From Methanomethylovorans hollandica DSM 15978 (GTDB lineage: Archaea > Halobacteriota > Methanosarcinia > Methanosarcinales > Methanosarcinaceae): DNA of 64,000 bases. Below, piece after piece: positions 43,471 to 53,031 of this stretch (positions are counted from its first letter, which is position 1; every line of letters begins with the position of its first letter). The stretch lies in the NCBI RefSeq assembly GCF_000328665.1, contig NC_019977.1, positions 2,348,011 through 2,412,010 on the forward strand. The letters are read 5' to 3'. The translations under genes were made by a program, and so were the position numbers. The notes under the pieces were generated by a model, which did not search any database, was not told the DNA's origin, and saw only the letters and a list, made by a program, of their open reading frames with translations.

Positions 43471-43627
43471 ACGGAATCATTTTTTAGGGGAGAGGTTTTT
43501 AAACCCGTCCAGCATGGAAGGCCTTTCAACTGCTTTTGTAAGGGAAGTATTCTCAGGCAGGTCTGTCAATTGCGGCCTTTCTAAAGGAACCGGAGAACCT
43601 GCCTGAAAAAGATCCCTCTTTTTGAAA

Positions 43628-43827
43628 GATCTGCTTTCCACTGTGGTAGAAGATTGTTTAGTGTATATTTAGATAATGTTTTTCCAATTTCTTCATAAAC
43701 TTGCTTTCGTTCAGCAAGTGTCCGATTATATACTTGCCTACATAATTCCAAGCTCCGCTGTATCTGTCGAATTTGAGATTTGGTTGGATAGATACGAAAC
43801 ATTCCACGACCAAAGATCGTGGGCTTT
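43628..43827 (-). mobile_element. tnpB: IS200/IS605-family remnant: terminal hairpin plus TnpB N-terminal fragment
   Basis: Minus strand AAAGCCCACGATC-TTT-GGTCGTGG hairpin directly followed by FRIYPTKSQ...LELCRQVYNRTLAERK (HTH_OrfB_IS605 pattern); no RuvC domain. Confidence 0.75.
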
Positions 43828-43950
43828 CTGGCTGCTTATTTCGTAATCCTGATGCTGATCTTGCTCTTGTTGGCTGCATACATAGAGACGAACATCACAC
43901 CAACGGTGGCCAGACAGGCAGCAGATCTTCTGTCATATCTGCTATTCTGA
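43828..43950 (+). pseudogene. C-terminal remnant of a SpoIIM-family membrane protein
   Basis: LAAYFVILMLILLLLAAYIETNITPTVARQAADLLSYLLF*; LL.AA.IE..ITP is the SpoIIM C-terminal pattern; the 5' part is missing at the IS hairpin. Confidence 0.55.
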
Positions 43951-43958
43951 GATCCACA

Positions 43959-44987
43959 TTATATATTAGCGATCTGTATTCCTGTCGCTACATTTTGCAA
44001 TAGCTGGAAAGCGATCTTTTGAGAGGGCCAGGATCCCAGACCACAATCAGGACCTACATACCTTATTCTTTCACCAAAGATCGAATAGGCCTTTTCAAGC
44101 CTTTTACTGATAACATCCGGAGTTTCAAGTTCCGTAACTATCTCCTGAAGACGTGATGCGTCCTTCCAGACATTAGTACCATATTTGTCATTGAGTACTG
44201 AAACAAGATTTGAAATATCAGTTCTTGCAATGCCCACCCTCAGAAAAGAATCTGATTCATCTAGCACTTTTGCATCAATGAGATCAAGATATGAAGGATT
44301 ACCTGCTGATTCGACCCCTATAACATTGATTTGGGAAGTGTCACAGGCTATTTTATAGTGCAGGGGCGAATGCAGATGTATCTGTACATCAATACCTTTA
44401 CGGTGAGCTGAACGAGTGGCTATCCTAAGAGCTTCTATGAGTTCATCATCATCGAACATGACCTGGGGATTTATACCAATGCTTGGCTCATCTATGGAAA
44501 CCGCACTTACGTTCAGATATCCTGAATTCTCTATGGAGTTTTTCAGAAAACGGTCAACACTTTCTGCAAAAAGATAGAGTATGTCGGTATATTCCGTTCC
44601 CCCGAACTCTTTTAAGTACATTTCCAGAGGACCTGTTACGCATACCCTGGTATTTTGCTTCTCGCCATGAGATTGCATATACATTTGAGCTGCTGGCTGT
44701 ATAGCTTCCAGTTCTACTATCCTGGCAGCATTCTCTTTGACCTTAAAAGGCTCTTCTGTATTTTCCGGATCCTTTATTATAGAAAGGAACTGTTCGTTCA
44801 TATCCTGATATTGGGGATATGTGGGAGACTCAACTCCTGCATCTATCTTCTGCTGAAATGAATCATTAATTAACTGGAACAGTTTTTCACGGTCTGAGTG
44901 CTTTGAAAATGCCTTTTGCATCCATTCCTTGGTCATACTTTCAGGAAGAGGGTAACTACCTATGTCATCAAAGATCAGATTATTCAT
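43959..44987 (-). CDS. Core (catalytic-domain-only, folate-independent) methionine synthase, MetE C-terminal family
   Basis: DDIGSYPLP, VTGPLE, SIDEPS, zinc ligands IHLH...GVE...GPDCGLGSW. Confidence 0.88.
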   Translation of the reverse strand: MNNLIFDDIGSYPLPESMTKEWMQKAFSKHSDREKLFQLINDSFQQKIDAGVESPTYPQYQDMNEQFLSIIKDPENTEEPFKVKENAARIVELEAIQPAAQMYMQSHGEKQNTRVCVTGPLEMYLKEFGGTEYTDILYLFAESVDRFLKNSIENSGYLNVSAVSIDEPSIGINPQVMFDDDELIEALRIATRSAHRKGIDVQIHLHSPLHYKIACDTSQINVIGVESAGNPSYLDLIDAKVLDESDSFLRVGIARTDISNLVSVLNDKYGTNVWKDASRLQEIVTELETPDVISKRLEKAYSIFGERIRYVGPDCGLGSWPSQKIAFQLLQNVATGIQIANI

Positions 44988-45070
44988 GCATTAGAATTGA
45001 AACATCAACGAAATATAGGTTTTGGGACAAAAAAGTATAGATACTGGGTTTTACAATAGCTGCAATGAAT

Positions 45071-45391
45071 TTAGTCCCGCCGCAATTTTCCCTTCTTTGC
45101 AACGTGTTCAACGTAATAGTCGACACATTTCTGTGAGTAATCAATGGAGACCTTGGACATGTGAGCAACTATCTCACTTAAAGGTCTTTCAACTTGTATG
45201 GTACGCCTGAATATACCGTATTTTTCATAATGCTTTGTTACAGTCTCAAGCATAATGTCCTGTAATTGCAAGACATTCAACTTTTCCGAGGGAGAAAGTT
45301 TTTCGAAATCTTTCATTAGCTTCCTTATATGGTCCCTATTCTTTTCATCTACCTCTAATTCGGAAATAGGGTGCTTAATGTGATCCTCCAC
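45071..45391 (-). CDS. Hypothetical protein
   Basis: 106-aa ORF with GTG start after a GGTGA RBS; co-oriented with its neighbours. Confidence 0.6.
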   Translation of the reverse strand: MEDHIKHPISELEVDEKNRDHIRKLMKDFEKLSPSEKLNVLQLQDIMLETVTKHYEKYGIFRRTIQVERPLSEIVAHMSKVSIDYSQKCVDYYVEHVAKKGKLRRD

Positions 45392-45481
45392 TCTATCACC
45401 ATTACAGTGTGTACTTCATTAGTTAAAAAATCTAAATATAAATTTAGGGGGTATATAAAAATGGGTACTTAACAAAAAAGA

Positions 45482-47398
45482 TTAAGAAAGGGTGAGCAAT
45501 ACACCCATTTCTTTTAATGTCGCTGAAACTTCATTAAATGCTACAAACATTTCCTTACGATGCAAATCAATGTCTTTAACCCGAGGTTCAGATTCAAACC
45601 AGATCTCTTTCTCAGTCTGCCCGCGAGTAATAGTAATGCATGCGAGCATATCAGATTTTGTCAACCTGTATACTGAATCAACACCTGTAGGGGTAACCCA
45701 TTCATGATATTTCCCCGTGATATCCTTAACAAATTTGTTCCAGTTGACCGTAGCAGAAGCTTCCAGAATAAGATACAGATGAGCACGATCTCCTGTTATT
45801 TCTTCTGTCATAACCTTTAACATCTTCTTGTACTGGGGATCTGCCTCATCCACAAAGATCTTTTTCTCCAGATCTTTTGCAGCTTCTTTGAAGAAAGGAG
45901 CAAGATTAACTGTTTCCGATGGTTTTGTAGCCAATGAAACACCAAAGAAAGCTATGCCACTGAGGGCCATACCAGCTATGACACCATGATTAGAGAGCAC
46001 TGGGTGTATAGAATCCAGATATGCGGGAGCAAAGGCTGGAGTATTAGCAAGATCAACAATAGTAAGGGCTACCTGTGCAACAAAGCCCACTATCAGGCCT
46101 GCAAGAGCACCTTCTTTTGTAGCTCTCTTCCAGTAAAGACCACCCATTAGCGGGAAGAAGTAGGCAGCACTGGCGATAAAAGTAGCGATGTGAATGGCAG
46201 CAAGAATACCATCAATGTAGAAGGAGCCGATGGTCGCACCTGCGACTATTATTAGTACGCTCAGCCTGTTGACAGCGAGCATCTCCTTCATAGTAGCGTC
46301 AGGCTTTATGTACCTCTGATAAATATCGCGGGATAGACAGGAACCTCCGGAAGTCGCAAAAGTATCTGTTGAAGACATTGCAGCCGCTGCCAGGCCTATA
46401 CCTGACAGACCTATAAGGAGAGGAGAGAAATGTTCAAAGATGTAAACGAGCAGTGCAGGTTCTGCCTGGGCCATTGCACCCATACCTATCTCTGCAAATG
46501 ATGCTGAAATATCGGGATACACATGGTTTAGCCCAATAGCAATGATAGTACAGGCCACACCGAATACGAGAAAGATAAAGAATGAACCCAGGATCATACC
46601 GTTCCTTGCTGACTTTTCATCCTTTGCAGCCCATACCCTTTGCCACGGATCCTGTTCTGTGACCCAGCCAGGAATGATAGCAAAGATGAATATCATTACT
46701 GCAAGTATACCAATGCTGAACGGGTTCCACCATCCTTCCGGTACATCCGAGAGAAGTTCTGAAACGGTCATGACCGAGGATGTATCAACGGAAGTAGCGG
46801 AACCTGTAATAGCAACAACCATGGCGAAAGCGAAACCGGCAAGGAAAATGAACTGTATCACATCGGTCCATATAACAGCAGAAAGCCCTCCAAGTGTCAC
46901 ATATACAGAAACAGCCAATGCAACGATAGCTACTGCGTATACCGAAGGAAGCCCAAAGAAGATTTCAAGGACCATGGCAAAACCTTTGATATCTGCCACT
47001 GCAAAAAGTATCATAACAACAGCGATAATGAGAGCTACAGGGCCTCTTATAGAACTGCTGTACCTCTGCTCAAGCAGCTCTGGTTGGGTGATGGCCGGCA
47101 GATGCTTGATCTTACCTACTAACAATGCTATCAATAACAGGGCAAGGATGTTAGGTGCCACAAAACCCCAGATGGAACCCATACCCAACAGCATGTAAAG
47201 ACCAATAACCGCGAGAATGCCGCCGGCGGTCATCCAGGATGCTGCCGCTGAGCAGCCAATTGCCACGAAATTGATTCTGCGTCCTGCAAGCCAGAAATCA
47301 GTGACCGATTTCTGCCTCTTATTGAAATACCAGCCTATAGACACTAATATTAGGATATAGGCTGCAAGCAATACTATAAATAAACCATATGAGTTCAT
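45482..47398 (-). CDS. Sodium:solute symporter (SSS) family with an extra C-terminal soluble domain
   Basis: DFWLAGR, YVTLGGLSAVIWTDVIQ, WQRVWAAKD, AAAMSSTD, LYWKRATKEGA; about 13 TM segments. Confidence 0.92.
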   Translation of the reverse strand: MNSYGLFIVLLAAYILILVSIGWYFNKRQKSVTDFWLAGRRINFVAIGCSAAASWMTAGGILAVIGLYMLLGMGSIWGFVAPNILALLLIALLVGKIKHLPAITQPELLEQRYSSSIRGPVALIIAVVMILFAVADIKGFAMVLEIFFGLPSVYAVAIVALAVSVYVTLGGLSAVIWTDVIQFIFLAGFAFAMVVAITGSATSVDTSSVMTVSELLSDVPEGWWNPFSIGILAVMIFIFAIIPGWVTEQDPWQRVWAAKDEKSARNGMILGSFFIFLVFGVACTIIAIGLNHVYPDISASFAEIGMGAMAQAEPALLVYIFEHFSPLLIGLSGIGLAAAAMSSTDTFATSGGSCLSRDIYQRYIKPDATMKEMLAVNRLSVLIIVAGATIGSFYIDGILAAIHIATFIASAAYFFPLMGGLYWKRATKEGALAGLIVGFVAQVALTIVDLANTPAFAPAYLDSIHPVLSNHGVIAGMALSGIAFFGVSLATKPSETVNLAPFFKEAAKDLEKKIFVDEADPQYKKMLKVMTEEITGDRAHLYLILEASATVNWNKFVKDITGKYHEWVTPTGVDSVYRLTKSDMLACITITRGQTEKEIWFESEPRVKDIDLHRKEMFVAFNEVSATLKEMGVLLTLS

Positions 47399-47544
47399 AA
47401 TTACTACCTCTTCTTAATCTGTTATAGTTGATTTACCTTAATGATTTTTCTAAAATACAATGATTTTTTAATTGAGTAATAAGTTGATTGTAGACATCTT
47501 CTCTGGGGTTGTATTTAAATCTTTCAAAAAAATCCTCTTTGCAA

Positions 47545-47566
47545 TAAATCAAGTTTAGTTGATTTA
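47545..47566. promoter_or_regulatory. Palindromic operator TAAATCAA-N6-TTGATTTA upstream of the SSS promoter
   Basis: Perfect 8-bp inverted repeat; degenerate second copy at 47414-47435; minus-strand BRE-TATA GAAAGA-TTTAAATA at 47525-47512. Confidence 0.55.
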
Positions 47567-47661
47567 GCATGGCACTGTCTTTTAAATTTTGTAATATAGA
47601 GATAAAGCTCTGGAACTATCATGACCCAATATATATCTCTCATCAGTGTCAATAATGCTGC

Positions 47662-48945
47662 ATGACCCTTGAACCGGTCCATATAAAAGCCATATCCGAA
47701 CTTGCAGATCGGATTGACAGATGCCTCAAACCGGATGAGCTGGAAAAAGATGAAACTGGCAGCATAGAAGATATATTCGAAAGGCTCAAGGAGTTGAAAC
47801 ACGATGGACAAGTAGTGCTCAAGGCCATCGGAAGGCTCAAAAGAGGTAGAGTAAGCATAGAGAAGATTTCTCAGAGCCAGGATCCTTTCCCTGTAACCTA
47901 TTCATGTGACAGCGGTAGTACAACCACAAGATCATTTGATAACGGTCTTTATGTGGATTTCTGTCATTGCGCTATGGCATCCACACCTACTGACCTGGAA
48001 CTCCACAACAGAAGGACTATAGTTGCTGCCACCTATTCACGTGGTTACAGCGTGCATATAGATACCACAGATGAGTGGGAAACAGTTGACAGAGGAGCAA
48101 GTCGTTGCAAGATAATCCGCATCCCTCCAGACCTGCTGAACAAAAGGATAGACAGGATAGTTCATGATATAGCCCTTTACCTTTCAGAATCCGAGCACAT
48201 TCTATGGTTGAAAGATGAACTTGACCCCCGAAGCTTTTTCATTATGGACGGACCGATCTATCCCAAGCACCTCATGTACTGGATGGTGGTTGGATCAGAG
48301 GAGGTGCAATTGCTTTATGATCCTCATACAGAGAAGATCCTGCAAAACTACATAGATATCGTGGACCATCACATTGACAGGAAACGTCCATTTATTGGTT
48401 TTGTTAAAAACCCTGAGGATATGCAGATAATGCAGACCCTGAGAAAAGAAGGTATGAAAGACCTGCCCTGGGTGATGGATGCCCAGTTCTTCAAAAATCT
48501 GCTTTCTTCATCACGGCATGGAGAAGAAAAAAGCACGCACAATCGCTGTATAACTTACACTAACTGGTTCATGCAACCCAATCAGTTCTATGAAAGAATG
48601 CTCGGCACCACATCACCTCTGGTCAAGGAAAAGCTCAGGGCAAAGTATCCACATGAATACTATTCACTGACATTTTTCGTGGTGTACGTTCCTTCAAAGA
48701 ACCTGCTCTTTAAGATAGAAGCTCCATACGGGCTTACCAAGGAAGAAGAGATAAGGGATATCATTACAAGGAAGGTATTGCATGATGTCGCATTAAACGA
48801 GATACCTGCCACACTGAAAAAGGCAGATTCCATTGCAAAGATACAGGTATCTGAAAGGAAACAAATAATCGACAGGTTCAGGTACTCCCGGGTGGATACC
48901 AGCTATAACGAGATCAGATGGGGTGAACACGACGAGGATGGATAA
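47662..48945 (+). CDS. nurA: NurA family nuclease
   Basis: YSCDSGS, FIMDGPIYP, IGFVKNP, LKKADSIAKI; overlaps the start of a HerA gene. Confidence 0.85.
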   Translation: MTLEPVHIKAISELADRIDRCLKPDELEKDETGSIEDIFERLKELKHDGQVVLKAIGRLKRGRVSIEKISQSQDPFPVTYSCDSGSTTTRSFDNGLYVDFCHCAMASTPTDLELHNRRTIVAATYSRGYSVHIDTTDEWETVDRGASRCKIIRIPPDLLNKRIDRIVHDIALYLSESEHILWLKDELDPRSFFIMDGPIYPKHLMYWMVVGSEEVQLLYDPHTEKILQNYIDIVDHHIDRKRPFIGFVKNPEDMQIMQTLRKEGMKDLPWVMDAQFFKNLLSSSRHGEEKSTHNRCITYTNWFMQPNQFYERMLGTTSPLVKEKLRAKYPHEYYSLTFFVVYVPSKNLLFKIEAPYGLTKEEEIRDIITRKVLHDVALNEIPATLKKADSIAKIQVSERKQIIDRFRYSRVDTSYNEIRWGEHDEDG

Positions 48946-50758
48946 AGATATACTTGCCTATGTGTCTGCAGCAAGCAAAGACGTCAGGATTGCTGTGGGA
49001 ACCGAGGAAACAACTATTGAAGAGAAGTTCAACTTCGAAGAGTATGAGGTGCCTGCAGAAAGGCACCCTGATACACAAAGCAATACAGATGAAGCATTTG
49101 GTATCATCACCACTGGCATAGAACCCCTGGAAATAACTGAATCTGGAGCAACTATCACAGGATACATTAACACTGAGAAAAGAAGGGATGTGCGGCTGGG
49201 AACGTATGTGATCGTACCCTACGGAGAAGAAGACCTGTTTGCACGCATATGGAAAATGCAGTACAAACAGGAGTTTGCAGTGGATGATGCTACTGAGATA
49301 CACTCTCGCAGGATGTTAAGGTCCAATACCACAGATGAAGTAGATTACAAGTTCCTGGCTTACCTTGATCCTATCTGTATCCTTTATTCCAAAGGCAACG
49401 GATCATTGGCCAGGCGTATGAGCGATAGAATACCGCGACCCAACACACCTATAATGCCTGTTAAAGATAAAATGAAGATCCAGACCGGACTTAACATTCC
49501 CAGAGAAGGTATCTTCCTGGGGCATTTGAGCGTGGGAGGTGAAATGGTTAAGACCCATGCAGTCCCTCCTACTGTACCATACTACATGCGCAACGATTAT
49601 TCTATGGGCGATCCTCTGGTGTTCAGGCACATGCTGGTATGTGGCAGTACCGGAACAGGTAAAACTTTCCTTACAAAGAATATCCTGAGACAACTCATGG
49701 CACAGGAGAACCGCTATAATGTGAGGGGTACTAATGCCAGAAAAAACCCCTGCCTTGTTGTGCTAGATCCGCAGGATGAGTATTCCCAGATGTTAGAGGA
49801 TAATCCTGAACTTACAGCTGATGATGAGTTCAGCTTCAGGTCCGAGAAAGTGGACTTTGGAGGATGTGCCAATACACTTACCTTTGTGGCCAGGGTGGAT
49901 GGACAGTCATACAATGGCCGCTCTAGGGCACAGCAACTGGAATTTACCATACCTTTCGAGATGGTAAGGAATAATTCCTGGCTCATGGCGCCTGTGGGTA
50001 TGACGGAACTCCAAAATCAGGGAGTGGAATTGCTTCTTGAAGATTTCTTCAAAATGGCTGGGGATCACACTTATGACCGCTTTTTGGACTATATAAGCGA
50101 CGATCTGACAAGAGAGAATTATGTAGAAAGTGGTAAGATACACGAGGCTTCCTATGATGGTATAGCCCGCAGAGTAAGGGATAAAGCTCTTAGAAGGGTG
50201 TTCGACCAGCCTGCAAGACCCATAGACAAGATGCTGGAAGAGATTATAAGACCCGGGCAGGTGAGCGTGTTCCCCACTGAATACATTAGTAACACGCGCA
50301 TAAGGGATCTGATAACTCTCAGTTTGATGACGATTATAGTGGATAATAAGTTAAGTACTAAACTTAACACACCTGGAGAAACTGCCGTTAAGGAGACTCC
50401 TATTATCCTGGCACTGGACGAAGCCCATAGGTATCTTGCCAGCACTTCAGGCGAGCACAGCAGGAGGATAGTGTCCAAATTTGCAGATGCTGCACGCCAG
50501 GGCAGGAAAGAAGGATTAGGATTGTGCCTCATAACCCAGGACCCTCAGGACATTGATGATACAGTGTTCAAACAGATCAACACACGCATCATCCTTAACC
50601 TGACAAATGATGCTGCCATCGGAGCACTGAAGGTCAAAAAAGAATATGAGAAGCGTATTCCATATCTGAAGAAAGGACAGATGATCGTGCACAGTCCCGA
50701 TAATAGCGACATGGTTGAGATCATGGGTCTGCAAAGCTGCGTGGTAAAACATATATAA
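48938..50758 (+). CDS. herA: HerA-like helicase (HAS barrel plus FtsK/HerA ATPase)
   Basis: RHMLVCGSTGTGKT, LDPQDEY, LDEAHRY, ARQGRKEGLGL, ITQDP; start at 48923 (GTG) or 48938 (ATG). Confidence 0.9.
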   Translation: MDKDILAYVSAASKDVRIAVGTEETTIEEKFNFEEYEVPAERHPDTQSNTDEAFGIITTGIEPLEITESGATITGYINTEKRRDVRLGTYVIVPYGEEDLFARIWKMQYKQEFAVDDATEIHSRRMLRSNTTDEVDYKFLAYLDPICILYSKGNGSLARRMSDRIPRPNTPIMPVKDKMKIQTGLNIPREGIFLGHLSVGGEMVKTHAVPPTVPYYMRNDYSMGDPLVFRHMLVCGSTGTGKTFLTKNILRQLMAQENRYNVRGTNARKNPCLVVLDPQDEYSQMLEDNPELTADDEFSFRSEKVDFGGCANTLTFVARVDGQSYNGRSRAQQLEFTIPFEMVRNNSWLMAPVGMTELQNQGVELLLEDFFKMAGDHTYDRFLDYISDDLTRENYVESGKIHEASYDGIARRVRDKALRRVFDQPARPIDKMLEEIIRPGQVSVFPTEYISNTRIRDLITLSLMTIIVDNKLSTKLNTPGETAVKETPIILALDEAHRYLASTSGEHSRRIVSKFADAARQGRKEGLGLCLITQDPQDIDDTVFKQINTRIILNLTNDAAIGALKVKKEYEKRIPYLKKGQMIVHSPDNSDMVEIMGLQSCVVKHI

Positions 50759-50829
50759 ATATATTAATATATGAAAGGCTCATGCCTAACAATTGTTTTT
50801 GTACCAATATTATAGACGAGATTCATACC

Positions 50830-50843
50830 GAAACGTATATATT
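50830..50843 (+). promoter_or_regulatory. tRNA-Lys promoter (BRE-TATA)
   Basis: GAAACG-TATATATT about 40 nt upstream of the tRNA. Confidence 0.6.
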
Positions 50844-50883
50844 GAGCAAATACGTATGGAGGCATCACTTCAGTAAATAAGAT

Positions 50884-50960
50884 GGGCCGGTAGCTTAGCC
50901 AGGCAGAGCGACGGACTCTTAATCCGTAGGCCAGGGGTTCAACTCCCTTCCGGCTCGCCA
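50884..50960 (+). tRNA. tRNA-Lys (CTT), CCA encoded
   Basis: GGGCCGG acceptor, ACGGA-CT-CTT-AA-TCCGT anticodon arm, GGTTCAACTCC, ends GCCA. Confidence 0.96.
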
Positions 50961-51070
50961 ATCTCTTTTACTATTTATATTTCTTGTTCTGTTCACTTTT
51001 TATGACTTCTGAGTGACAACTTTGAAACACATAAATCCTATGAACTTTCTTCATTTAAAAGGTGAGCCTA

Positions 51071-51241
51071 ATGCCAAAAGTAAGCGTGGAGATCCCCCAG
51101 GAGTTGCTTGACGATCTGAACAAGCATGTAGGGGACGACAAGAAATTCGTCAACCAGTCAGACGCTATCAGGACAGCTATCCGCAAGATGCTGGACATGA
51201 TGGATGAGATAGACAAAAGACATGGAAGGGTTAAAGAATAA
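51071..51241 (+). CDS. Ribbon-helix-helix (CopG/MetJ-like) protein, 56 aa; below the ORF-track cutoff
   Basis: AGGTGA RBS; MPKVSVEIPQELLDDLNKHVGDDKKFVNQSDAIRTAIRKMLDMMDEIDKRHGRVKE*. Confidence 0.88.
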   Translation: MPKVSVEIPQELLDDLNKHVGDDKKFVNQSDAIRTAIRKMLDMMDEIDKRHGRVKE

Positions 51242-51263
51242 GAAAAATAAAGAGTATTGTCAT

Positions 51264-52037
51264 TCAAAGGCTCTGAATATATGCAATACACTCTTCACCT
51301 TCTTGAAGTGTTGCCATTTCAGTTACAAGCCTTCCATTGTATCCCTTAAGGCTTTCCATTACCTTTTTCCACTGCACGGTTCCCCGCCCCAGAGGCAGGT
51401 GTTCATCTGATATTCCATGATTGTCATGGATATGCATGTGCAGGATATGTTCTTTGCACTTTTCCAGGAACTCATCTACAACCCCTGCAGTGTTAGCATG
51501 GCCTACATCCAGGGTCATGCCCAGATTGTCTCTGTCCACTTCTTCAAGGGTCCTGAGCATCTCATCGGGATATTTGCCGAATATAGAGGGCATTTCCGGC
51601 ATGTTCTCCACAGCTATCGTAATACCGTACTTTTCAGCTGTATCGCATACATGACGGATGGACTCTATATGGGTACGCCATGCCCTTTCAGGCACCTGTG
51701 AACCATAAGGAGATAAATAACCCGGATGCACCACTGCAAGTTCCACGATCTCATTTCCAAGCTCAAGGCAGCGGTACATCTGCCTTAATGCTTCATTACG
51801 TATCCCATCGTTAAGACCTGCAAGATTCATATCTGAAAAAGGCAGATGCATTGTGATCTTCAGATCAGTTGTATCACGGACCTCCCGGACCTTAGCCAGG
51901 TTCCCGTTGTGCAGTGTCTGTAGACCCTCCTGCACGATCTCCCAGCCGGTATATCCCATGTCCTCAAGCTGATAGACCCATATGAAAGAGTGGCCGGTCT
52001 CCACTCTGGAAGAAAAGCTAAGATTCTTTAACTTCAT
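51264..52037 (-). CDS. Sugar phosphate isomerase/epimerase (AP endonuclease 2 TIM barrel) family
   Basis: MHLPFSD, VVHPG, AVENM, TLDVGHA, HIHDNHG..DEHL. Confidence 0.88.
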   Translation of the reverse strand: MKLKNLSFSSRVETGHSFIWVYQLEDMGYTGWEIVQEGLQTLHNGNLAKVREVRDTTDLKITMHLPFSDMNLAGLNDGIRNEALRQMYRCLELGNEIVELAVVHPGYLSPYGSQVPERAWRTHIESIRHVCDTAEKYGITIAVENMPEMPSIFGKYPDEMLRTLEEVDRDNLGMTLDVGHANTAGVVDEFLEKCKEHILHMHIHDNHGISDEHLPLGRGTVQWKKVMESLKGYNGRLVTEMATLQEGEECIAYIQSL

Positions 52038-52492
52038 GTAATTTCCACGTCCTCTATATCTGTTTCAAAAAGAATCTTGCCTTTTTCGGTAGGGGGAGCA
52101 AGCCATTCTATAAGCCTTTGGAGCTCAAAAGACGAATTTGCACTCATTGTTATATGTATCGAGCCTAATGGTTCTTCACCCGCAGGAAAATTCAGGCGAC
52201 CTACAAAGGCCACAAATTTGCTGATCCTGAAAGATGTGAAAGGTGCATCCCTGCTCATACCTACCTCAAACTGAGTACGCGCAGTATCTATAATTTCTTC
52301 TTCACGCAGCAGATGATGAAGATGAAGAAGGCCTCCAAGATCACTAATTCCTTCCACATTTCCATAAAGCCCTGTATCATCTGTTGCATTGTAAATTAGA
52401 TCCACCGTGGGAAAAATACTTTGAACCGCTGTCCTGACTTTTTCCTCAGTTTCGGTAGGGTTCACTCTGGCTGAAATTCTAACCTCGATCAT
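52034..52492 (-). CDS. UPF0201 family RNA-binding protein
   Basis: VNPTETEEKV..AV..IFP, I.DTAR, KFVAFVG, LG.I, WLAP.TE.G. Confidence 0.8.
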   Translation of the reverse strand: MIEVRISARVNPTETEEKVRTAVQSIFPTVDLIYNATDDTGLYGNVEGISDLGGLLHLHHLLREEEIIDTARTQFEVGMSRDAPFTSFRISKFVAFVGRLNFPAGEEPLGSIHITMSANSSFELQRLIEWLAPPTEKGKILFETDIEDVEIT

Positions 52493-53031
52493 GTCTGACC
52501 CACCATATTAAGAACCTTTTTTCTGAAACCATCGAGAGTTCCTGTATTCTCTATAACAAGATCAGCAGCAGCTATAGCTTCACCCATACCCCAGCCCAGC
52601 TCACGGTGATCCCTGACTCGCAACTCATCGATGTCTTTCATGTCATCACTTCTGTTCCTGACTTTAACCCTTGAAAACCTTATTTCAAGTGGAGCATCTA
52701 TGGCAACTAAAGTAAAATCTGAACCAAATACTTGCTTGAAACAATTGACCTCTGCAAGGCTACGCACACCATCAATAACAAGGAAATCAGAGTCTACAGA
52801 CCTTATATTTGGTATACAGCGTTTAGCCACAGTATCTTTACCCTCTTTGTTACGTAAATCTGTCCCGACACCACCTACATTTATATCCGTAGGCTCAAGC
52901 CCTCTGAGTACAACCTCTTCACGTATCACATCACCCATATTGACGACCTTGATACCTGATTCTCCCAGGATCGATGCTGCCACTGATTTGCCCGAAGCCG
53001 GCATCCCTACAAAAGCTAAGATTTTCGTCAT
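52489..53031 (-). CDS. UPF0200 P-loop kinase (dephospho-CoA kinase-like)
   Basis: VGMPASGKS, MGDVIRE, IDGVRS, RDHRELGWG. Confidence 0.8.
   Translation of the reverse strand: MTKILAFVGMPASGKSVAASILGESGIKVVNMGDVIREEVVLRGLEPTDINVGGVGTDLRNKEGKDTVAKRCIPNIRSVDSDFLVIDGVRSLAEVNCFKQVFGSDFTLVAIDAPLEIRFSRVKVRNRSDDMKDIDELRVRDHRELGWGMGEAIAAADLVIENTGTLDGFRKKVLNMVGQT

Noticed and set aside
50884..51070. tRNA-Lys as a possible integration site
   Set aside because: No integrase nearby, no duplicate of the tRNA 3' end noticed in the window, and the flanking genes are housekeeping.
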